Below are positions 57,076 to 64,000 of a stretch of DNA of 64,000 nucleotides, in pieces. The notes beneath the pieces were generated by a model that worked only from the letters and a program-made list of their open reading frames with translations, was not told where the DNA came from and did no database searches. Source of the stretch: Bacilli bacterium (GTDB taxonomy: Bacteria; Bacillota_I; Bacilli_A; RFN20; CAG-826); NCBI GenBank assembly GCA_017468925.1, contig JAFUHI010000009.1, positions 201,874 to 265,873 of the forward strand. Reading direction: 5' to 3'. The stretch's first letter is position 1; each line of letters begins with the position of its first letter. The position numbers and the translations under genes were made by a program.

Positions 57076-58728
57076 ATGGATTCCCTTACCCTTGATGGGG
57101 CGTTATTTAACCAGCTTTTAAATTACGCTTACCAAGATTTGGCCGCACACTACGAGGCCATTAATGATTTAAACGTGTTCCCGGTTCCTGATGGAGATAC
57201 GGGCACAAACATGAAGATGACCTTCAACAATGGGTTGAAGAACATCAAAGAAAGCGAGAATATAGGCGACATCGCCGATAATCTTGCTAGAGGTATGCTT
57301 TTCGGCGCCAGAGGAAATTCCGGCGTCCTTACCTCACAATATTTCAAAGGTCTAGCCGATGGTCTCAAAGGCAAAAAAGAAGTAACAGTCTCCGAATTTG
57401 CCGAAGCCATGGTCCAAGGCTACAAAACAGCCTACTCTGCCACAGTCGATCCTACAGAAGGAACGATTCTCACCGTTGCCAGAGAAGGCATCGAGAATGT
57501 CAAAAAGAGCATTGTAAGCGGCAAAACAACATTTGCCCAATTATTCGCAATGGTTGTGGATGCGATGAAGATATCGCTAGACAACACTCCAAATCTTTTG
57601 CCTGTCCTTAAGGAAAGTGGAGTAATCGACTCCGGAGGCAAAGGTTTATTAACAATCTTTGAAGGCATTCTCAAATATCTCAATGGAGAAGAGATAACTG
57701 GATATGATGAAGAGGATACCCATTCTCTTCCGACATCATCTGTTGATTTCTCCGCCTTCAATGAGAATTCCGTCCTTGACTACGGTTACTGCACTGAATT
57801 CTTGCTTCAGTTACTAACATCGAAAATCGATGTTGAGAAATTCGACATTCAGTCATTTATCGCGTATTTGCAAGAGCACGGAAATTCAATCGTCTGTTTC
57901 CAAACTGGCACGATTGTCAAAGTCCACATTCACACCAAAAAACCATATGAGGTGATTGAATTCGCCCAGAGATATGGTGAATTTGTTGCCTTCAAGATGG
58001 AGAATATGGCTTTGCAACACAATGAAGTTCTTCATAAAGAAGAAGAGAAAGCAAAAGTCAGAAAGAATGTTTCTATCATTTCTATCGCCCAAGGTGACGG
58101 TATCATCGAATTGTTCAAAGAACTTGGCTCCGATATCGTCTTGAATGGCGGCACAACGATGAATACTTCAACCGCTGAAATGATCGATGCTTTCAAGTTC
58201 GCAAATTCGGATGAAATCATCCTTCTTCCAAACGAGACCAACATCATAATGGCCGCGAAACAGGCTGCGGAATTATTCAAAGGTAGCCGCGTCCGCGTCA
58301 TCGAGACAAAGACCATCCCTGAAGGATATAACGCCTTGTCGATGCTTATGGGCGGAGATGAAAGCGCGGATGATGCCTATAACGACATGCTAGAAGCTTC
58401 CCAGGCTGTTATTTCCTGTTTCGTTACCAAAGCCAGCAGAGACACGACATTGAATGGAGTCAAAGTCAAAAAAGGATATTACATCGAATCCGTTGATGGC
58501 AAATTGGTAGGATGCAACGAGAATAGAGAAGAAGCGATTCTAGAGATGCTATCCAAAGTTGAAGACATCGAAAACCGCGAGGTTATGTTTGCTTTCTATG
58601 GACAAATGGTGAGCGAAGAAGATGCTGAGCACGCCATATCTAGAGTAAATGAAGCCTTCCCTCAACTTGAGACAGGGCTCATTGAAGGCAAGCAAGATGT
58701 CTATGATTTCTTGATTGGCATCAATTAA
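57076..58728 (+). CDS. fakA: DAK2-domain protein (YloV/FakA-type fatty acid kinase)
   Basis: 'LNVFPVPDGDTGTNM' and 'GARGNSGV'. It is 550 aa long and lies upstream of plsX, as in other Firmicutes. Confidence 0.8.
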   Translation: MDSLTLDGALFNQLLNYAYQDLAAHYEAINDLNVFPVPDGDTGTNMKMTFNNGLKNIKESENIGDIADNLARGMLFGARGNSGVLTSQYFKGLADGLKGKKEVTVSEFAEAMVQGYKTAYSATVDPTEGTILTVAREGIENVKKSIVSGKTTFAQLFAMVVDAMKISLDNTPNLLPVLKESGVIDSGGKGLLTIFEGILKYLNGEEITGYDEEDTHSLPTSSVDFSAFNENSVLDYGYCTEFLLQLLTSKIDVEKFDIQSFIAYLQEHGNSIVCFQTGTIVKVHIHTKKPYEVIEFAQRYGEFVAFKMENMALQHNEVLHKEEEKAKVRKNVSIISIAQGDGIIELFKELGSDIVLNGGTTMNTSTAEMIDAFKFANSDEIILLPNETNIIMAAKQAAELFKGSRVRVIETKTIPEGYNALSMLMGGDESADDAYNDMLEASQAVISCFVTKASRDTTLNGVKVKKGYYIESVDGKLVGCNENREEAILEMLSKVEDIENREVMFAFYGQMVSEEDAEHAISRVNEAFPQLETGLIEGKQDVYDFLIGIN

Positions 58729-58733
58729 TAAAT

Positions 58734-59708
58734 ATGAAAAAAATAATTATCGACACCCTGGGGGGAGACAACGGAGAAGAGGAGATTGTTCGTGGAGTAA
58801 TCGAAGCGAGCAAAATTTATTCCGATTATTCTTTTGTTCTTGTCGGTAGTTATGTAAACATCAGCAACATTCTAGCGAAGTGCGATGTCGATAAATCCCG
58901 CTTCGAGATTGTTAATGCCCCCTCATCGATTAGTAACAGCGATGATCCGCGCCTTGTCGTTAGAGGCAAGGAGAATTGCTCTATGGCTTCCAGTTTCAAT
59001 ATTCTTAAATTGGATAAAGAAGCGGTTGGGATGATATCCAGCGGATCCACTGGTGCTTTATTGGTTGGCACGATATTTAAGTTAGGCTTGTTTAGAGGGG
59101 TTAATTTTCCTGCTCTATCAAGCCTACTTTTTTCAATCAAAGGCGAATATATTTGCTTGGTCGATTGCGGCGCCAACATCGATGTGAATAGAGTTCAGCT
59201 TCTTAGCTTTGCTAAGATGGGCGCGGCTCTGCTTAAAAGCTACTGTGGCATTGAGAACCCTCGTGTTGGGCTTCTTAATGTTGGGGTAGAAGAAGGCAAA
59301 GGTAACCGCCTTCTAAAAGAAGCATACCCTCTTTTTAAAACCAGCAGCCTTAATTTCATTGGCAACATTGAAGGGAATGATATTTTCCTCGGAGGGGTAG
59401 ATGTCATTGCGTGCGATGGATTCGCTGGCAACATAGTTTTGAAAAATGCAGAATCTGTCGCAATGATCGCTGCTAATATCGTAAACAAGACACTTGGAGA
59501 TGAAGGAAAGCCTGCCATCGATGAGATACATAGGCTTTTCGCTTATAATGAGCAAGGCGGGGCTATAGTGCTTGGCTCAAGGAAGATGGTTATTAAAGCA
59601 CATGGTGCTGCGACGAAAAACACAATAGTCTCAGTCATAGGCGATATGATAAAGATGGATAAAGGGGATTTCATACAAAATCTCCGCAAAACCTTGGGGG
59701 ATATATGA
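58734..59708 (+). CDS. plsX: Phosphate acyltransferase PlsX
   Basis: 'IIIDTLGGDNG', 'VDCGAN' and 'DGFAGNIVLK'. Confidence 0.92.
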   Translation: MKKIIIDTLGGDNGEEEIVRGVIEASKIYSDYSFVLVGSYVNISNILAKCDVDKSRFEIVNAPSSISNSDDPRLVVRGKENCSMASSFNILKLDKEAVGMISSGSTGALLVGTIFKLGLFRGVNFPALSSLLFSIKGEYICLVDCGANIDVNRVQLLSFAKMGAALLKSYCGIENPRVGLLNVGVEEGKGNRLLKEAYPLFKTSSLNFIGNIEGNDIFLGGVDVIACDGFAGNIVLKNAESVAMIAANIVNKTLGDEGKPAIDEIHRLFAYNEQGGAIVLGSRKMVIKAHGAATKNTIVSVIGDMIKMDKGDFIQNLRKTLGDI

Positions 59709-59709
59709 A

Positions 59710-60090
59710 ATGAGATGCCCAAAATGCAAAAACGAAATCAGCGATAATTCTGTTTTTTGCTCTTTTTGTGGCGTCAAATTGAGCAATGAGATGCCAGATG
59801 CCCCAAGCAAATTCAAAAAGGCCAGTGAGATATTGGAGAGAATAGGCTATGGGGTTTCTATAGCAGGGCTTGCCACATCCTGGCTCTTGTTCGTCGGTTT
59901 AGTGTTATCGATATCGGGCTTATTCACAACGGTGCTTATAGTCGATAGCGATAACTATTCTTCAGTTAGAAAAACAAGGAAGATAAGTATTATCGGAATG
60001 ATAGTCGGAGGAATATTCACCATCGCTGAGATTGTTTTGCTCATCTGGGCAATAATATTTTTGGTGAATAAATATCTAGGAAACGCATGA
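59710..60090 (+). CDS. Zinc-ribbon membrane protein
   Basis: 'MRCPKCKNEISDNSVFCSFCG' followed by three TM helices. Confidence 0.6.
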   Translation: MRCPKCKNEISDNSVFCSFCGVKLSNEMPDAPSKFKKASEILERIGYGVSIAGLATSWLLFVGLVLSISGLFTTVLIVDSDNYSSVRKTRKISIIGMIVGGIFTIAEIVLLIWAIIFLVNKYLGNA

Positions 60091-62015
60091 AAACTTGGAA
60101 CGGTCATATCAAAGAATGCCTAAATAGGCTTAAGAATTCTTCTCCAACCCTCAAATCGCTTTATGAAGGGGTGTTCTCCAACGGGAAGATGATTTGTTTT
60201 GAATATGACGAGGGCGATTCAATTAAAAAAGTCACCTTTGATGAAGCTTATTTGAAAACAAGAAATATTGCATTCTCTTTAGAGAAGGCGCTTGATGGGC
60301 AAAAGGACCAGTATATCGCCCTAAATCTTGAGAATTCAGAGGAATGGGTCATCTCTTTCTGGGCGATTCTATTAAGCGGAAACAAGCCATATCTTGTTAA
60401 TCTTAGGCAGCCTTCTTCGTTCACGAAGAAAATCACTGATACTTTACAAATTGTCTATTCGCTTGATCATGGCAAAAATGATTTGGGACTTAAATCGATT
60501 GATTACTCATCTTTGAAAGAAAAATGTGACAAGGAGCATGAGTTTTCCTTCTCCGATGAATTCGCTTTAGCCACAAGCGGCACTTCGATGAAGCAAAAAA
60601 TCTGTATTTATACCGGAAAAGAAATCTATCAGCAGATTCTAAACAGTGAATACGCGATAAAAAACAGCAAAGAAATCAAGCGAAGATATAAGAAACAATT
60701 AAAACAGTTAGCCTTCTTGCCTTTCTATCATATCTTTGGTTTTATCGCGACTTATTTCTGGTTCACTTATTTTGGCTGCACGATGGTGTTCATGAAGGAT
60801 TATCATCCATCGACTATTTTATCCACGGTGAAAAAACATGGAGTGACCCATATTTTTGGCGTCCCGATGCTTTGGCACACGATTGAGAACTCAATCAAGA
60901 AAGAAGTCAAAGCAAGAGGAGAGAAAACCGAGAAGAAATTTAATAAAGCTTTGAAAACAAGCAATAAATTGCTTTCTTCTTGTAAGCCCCTAGGCAAATT
61001 ATTCGTCAAATTAGCCTTCAAAGAAATCAGGAACCAGGTTTTCGGGAACAGTGTTCGTTATTGTATTTCAGGCGGCTCCTACATAAGAAATAGCACCCTG
61101 GAAACCATAAACGGAATCGGATATCTGTTGCGCGGAGGGTATGGTGCGAGTGAAATAGGCATCACCTCTGTCGAGACCTCGGGAAAACCATCGATTCTCA
61201 ATAAAAACGGGGTCGGAGTTCCATTCCCTTCGATCCATTATAAAATCGAGAATGATACTCTTTTCGTCAAAGGAAAGTCAACATGCCACAAAATAATTGA
61301 GGATGGCAAGGAAATCGTTCCAGAAGAATGGTTCAATACGAATGACGTCGCCCACATGGAGGGCGGAATGTATTTCATCGATGGAAGAAGAACCGATTTG
61401 ATAATATCCGAATCCGGCGAGAACATTAACCCAGATTTAATAGAATCAAGGTTCAACCCTAATTTAGAGGGATTAAACGATTTTTGTGTGATCGGTTTAG
61501 GGGAAGGGCACAACGAAGTATCATCGCTTATTGTTTCGTTGTCTCTTGATTGCTCCGATGTCCAATTCGAGGAAATTAAGTCATATTTCTATGAAGAAAA
61601 TGAAAAGATGAGCAGAACCTTTAGGGTTAAATCTTTCTATTTCACCTATTCCCCGATCAAAGCCGCGACTGCGATTAAGGTATCGCGCGCTAAATTGAAG
61701 AAAGACATCAACGATAAAAACGTAGTGATTAGTCCTTTTGATGAATTCGCCAAAAAATCAATGTCCAAACAAAACGAATTAGAAAAGCAAATAATATCCC
61801 TTTTTGCAGAGATTTTGGGCATAGATATCAACAAAGTTCAACCAGATTCGCATTTCATTAACGATTTGGGTGGTAGCAGTTTAGATTATTTTGCCTTGCT
61901 CACATTGCTAGGAGAAAGATTTGATATCAAAGTCGGGGAAGAAGAGACGCCAAGATATACTGCAAAGGATATTGCAGAATACATAAAGAACAAGCAAGAT
62001 GAAGCATCCAATTAG
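60087..62015 (+). CDS. Adenylate-forming enzyme (acyl-AMP ligase-like) fused to a C-terminal carrier (PP-binding) domain
   Basis: 'ATSGTSMKQK' (A3-like), 'GGYGASEIG', 'NTNDVAHMEGGMYFIDGRRTDLI', and the carrier motif 'DLGGSSLDYFAL'. Confidence 0.75.
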   Translation: MKTWNGHIKECLNRLKNSSPTLKSLYEGVFSNGKMICFEYDEGDSIKKVTFDEAYLKTRNIAFSLEKALDGQKDQYIALNLENSEEWVISFWAILLSGNKPYLVNLRQPSSFTKKITDTLQIVYSLDHGKNDLGLKSIDYSSLKEKCDKEHEFSFSDEFALATSGTSMKQKICIYTGKEIYQQILNSEYAIKNSKEIKRRYKKQLKQLAFLPFYHIFGFIATYFWFTYFGCTMVFMKDYHPSTILSTVKKHGVTHIFGVPMLWHTIENSIKKEVKARGEKTEKKFNKALKTSNKLLSSCKPLGKLFVKLAFKEIRNQVFGNSVRYCISGGSYIRNSTLETINGIGYLLRGGYGASEIGITSVETSGKPSILNKNGVGVPFPSIHYKIENDTLFVKGKSTCHKIIEDGKEIVPEEWFNTNDVAHMEGGMYFIDGRRTDLIISESGENINPDLIESRFNPNLEGLNDFCVIGLGEGHNEVSSLIVSLSLDCSDVQFEEIKSYFYEENEKMSRTFRVKSFYFTYSPIKAATAIKVSRAKLKKDINDKNVVISPFDEFAKKSMSKQNELEKQIISLFAEILGIDINKVQPDSHFINDLGGSSLDYFALLTLLGERFDIKVGEEETPRYTAKDIAEYIKNKQDEASN

Positions 62016-63261
62016 CTTTTTTATGATGAAGACGACAGGGATTCCCCTGGAGCTTTTGTTTTTTAAACGCCGCACCTTCTATGAAGATAAATATGTTCAG
62101 AAAAGAAGAATAAAAGGCGGGGCATTGCTCGTATCGAATCATAAATCGATTTTTGATTATATGATGTATTTCTTTTTGTTTTTCTTTAGAAAAATCTATT
62201 GTCTTGTCGCAGAAGTGATGTATAGGAATGCCTTTTTCCGTTTCTGTTTGAATACGATAGGCGGCATCAGGGTGGATAGGAGTGATCCAAACATCGTTGG
62301 CTTCGTCAACAAAAGCGTCGAATTAATAAAAAAAGGAAAATTGGTTCTTTCATTCCCAGAAAGCAGGCTCATCCATGATAAAGAACTTGGTGTTTTCTAT
62401 CCTTCATATATCCTTATCGCTTTGAAAGCGGACGCTCCAATAATTCCTATTTATACCGATGGAAGATATGGGTTGTTCAAAAGAAGCAGCGTCATTATTG
62501 GGAAACCGATTAATCTTAGGGACCGTTGTCATGACGAAAATCCTTCGGCCCAGGAAATAAATGCCTTGAATGACTTGGTTAAAGATAAAATCCAGGAACT
62601 AAAAGAGACCTTAGAGAGAAGAAAAAGAAACCATTTGTTTTCATTCAAGAAGATCCTTATGGATTTTGGAAGGTTCTTGGTTTACACAACTTTAGGTCTT
62701 TTATTCCGCGTCAAAATACATAAAAACCCTTCAAATCCCAATTTAAATAGAATCCAAGGCCATGCGATAGTGGTCGCCAATCACAATAGCTTCATGGATC
62801 CTTTGGTGTTGCTATGCGCTTATTGGAGAAGAAGATGTCGTTGCCTTATGGCAGATGTCGTGGTGAAAGGGCATAAACTAAGAGGGTTTTTGCTTAACCA
62901 ATTGGGCTGTATAAAAATCAATAGAAACGCATTGGATGTCGAATCGATCAGCAAATGTAGCAAGGCGTTGAATAATGACCAGATTCTAATAATGTTCCCA
63001 GAAGGCAAAATCAATAGGGACTCCCTAGCGGGCTCATTCAAAGCCGGAACCGCGATGCTTTCCATCAAAACCAAGGCTCCAATCATACCTTGCTATGTTA
63101 AACCAAGAAAACATTGGTATAATCGTTCACATGTCTATTTTGGCGACATGATTAAAGCCGATAGAAAAAACACAAGTCTTAAGATGATGAATGAATTGAC
63201 CGAAAGAATAAGGAATTCAATCATCGACTTGGAAGAGATGGCGGAGAAAGAAGGCAAGTAA
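61999..63261 (+). CDS. Tandem double lysophospholipid acyltransferase (two PlsC/LPLAT domains)
   Basis: Two HX4D motifs ('NHKSIFD', 'NHNSFMD') and two 'FPE(S/G)' blocks. The start is uncertain; the 61999 start overlaps the upstream gene by 17 nt. Confidence 0.75.
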   Translation: MKHPISFFMMKTTGIPLELLFFKRRTFYEDKYVQKRRIKGGALLVSNHKSIFDYMMYFFLFFFRKIYCLVAEVMYRNAFFRFCLNTIGGIRVDRSDPNIVGFVNKSVELIKKGKLVLSFPESRLIHDKELGVFYPSYILIALKADAPIIPIYTDGRYGLFKRSSVIIGKPINLRDRCHDENPSAQEINALNDLVKDKIQELKETLERRKRNHLFSFKKILMDFGRFLVYTTLGLLFRVKIHKNPSNPNLNRIQGHAIVVANHNSFMDPLVLLCAYWRRRCRCLMADVVVKGHKLRGFLLNQLGCIKINRNALDVESISKCSKALNNDQILIMFPEGKINRDSLAGSFKAGTAMLSIKTKAPIIPCYVKPRKHWYNRSHVYFGDMIKADRKNTSLKMMNELTERIRNSIIDLEEMAEKEGK

Positions 63262-63262
63262 A

Positions 63263-63514
63263 ATGGAAAATGAGAAGATTATCGGTGAATTGATTGAAAT
63301 GTTTTCTTCTGTGAATGAAGATCCTTCTTTTGATTATTCAAAAATAAACGAAGAGACATTGATATTCGATGACCTTGGTTTGAATTCGATTGGAGTAATG
63401 TATATTTCTCTTTCAATAGAGGAAAAATACGGCTTCACCATTTCTAATGAAATGATGTCGAATATAAAAACGGTCGGTGATTTGGTGAATCTAATACTGA
63501 ACAACAAGAAGTAA
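63263..63514 (+). CDS. Stand-alone acyl/peptidyl carrier protein
   Basis: 83 aa and acidic. 'DDLGLNSIGVMYI' has a carrier-type Ser. Confidence 0.7.
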   Translation: MENEKIIGELIEMFSSVNEDPSFDYSKINEETLIFDDLGLNSIGVMYISLSIEEKYGFTISNEMMSNIKTVGDLVNLILNNKK

Positions 63515-63522
63515 TCGCTTAT

Positions 63523-64000
63523 TTAATTGTTTAAATAATCGTATATCGTCTTATCGTATTCTTCCTCGGCGTTGATCCTGACATGGCTATGGGCTCCGTG
63601 GTCGAAGAAGACGATTTTTTTGTCTTTGCTTGGGCAATTTGCGTATATTTTCTTTGCGTCTTTTGGGGTGGAGAAGAGGTCTTCTTTTGTATAAATCATC
63701 AAAATTGGTTTCTCCATTTTCTTAATTCTTTTCACTGGCCCATCGCATATGTTGATTTTGTTTGATAGCCTCGCTCTTAAAGTGATGAAGTCAAGGAGAA
63801 GGAAAACAGGTCTTTTCAAGGCTATAAGGTGATTTTTGAATGATTCTCTAAAGGTGGAGAACATCCCATCGCTTATCATCCTCTTAACATAAGGGGGGCA
63901 GGAAGGAGAGGTTATAGCGTTCAAACATCCATTGCTTCCGATGCAGATGCCAAATAAAGTGATGTCATTGATTTTATATTTCTCATGAATGAATTTGCTC
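63523..64000 (-). CDS. Alpha/beta hydrolase, 5' end beyond the window edge
   Basis: The frame stays open upstream of the track's TTG start. Translating to the edge gives 'LFGICIGSNG' (nucleophile-elbow-like), with a C-terminal 'DHGAHSH'. Confidence 0.6.
   Translation of the reverse strand, partial: SKFIHEKYKINDITLFGICIGSNGCLNAITSPSCPPYVKRMISDGMFSTFRESFKNHLIALKRPVFLLLDFITLRARLSNKINICDGPVKRIKKMEKPILMIYTKEDLFSTPKDAKKIYANCPSKDKKIVFFDHGAHSHVRINAEEEYDKTIYDYLNN

Overview
This is a 64-kb chromosomal window from a low-GC, Firmicutes/Mollicutes-like bacterium. It uses the standard genetic code: TGA serves as a stop (e.g. 7678-7680, 41572-74) and Trp is TGG. Coding density is high. The housekeeping backbone is clear: gdpP-rplI-dnaB-MBL hydrolase-rlmH, ugd, tmRNA (ssrA), hpt, eno, ung, tsaE-tsaB-rimI-tsaD, and a DegV/FakA-like/plsX fatty-acid operon. 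There are many Cys-lipobox lipoproteins, a glycosyltransferase / TupA-like ATP-grasp glycan locus, and a TPP riboswitch upstream of a ThiT-like transporter. I saw no rRNA, tRNA, CRISPR array, transposase or integrase.

The most unusual feature lies at about 33216-34714. It is a ~1.46-kb unit bounded by a sigma-A-type promoter and a strong intrinsic terminator. It has no credible ORF, is locally GC-enriched, and is packed with short GNRA/UUCG-capped hairpins. About ten copies of a covarying 'GGUAAACC' hairpin, each mostly followed by an A-run, are spread along it. I interpret it as a candidate giant structured non-coding RNA, or a giant leader or protein-sponge RNA, that I cannot assign to any family from memory.

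Secondary points of interest:
- An AT-rich accessory island directly downstream of the tmRNA. It carries a DUF4417-like gene plus a tightly coupled basic/acidic pair, XRE regulators, a decamer repeat array in front of an NTPase-HD gene pair, and a pseudogene fragment.
- An Aas-like gene set for lipid acylation: an adenylation-carrier fusion, a tandem acyltransferase, a stand-alone ACP and a hydrolase.

All functional calls rest on motifs read by eye. No database search was possible.
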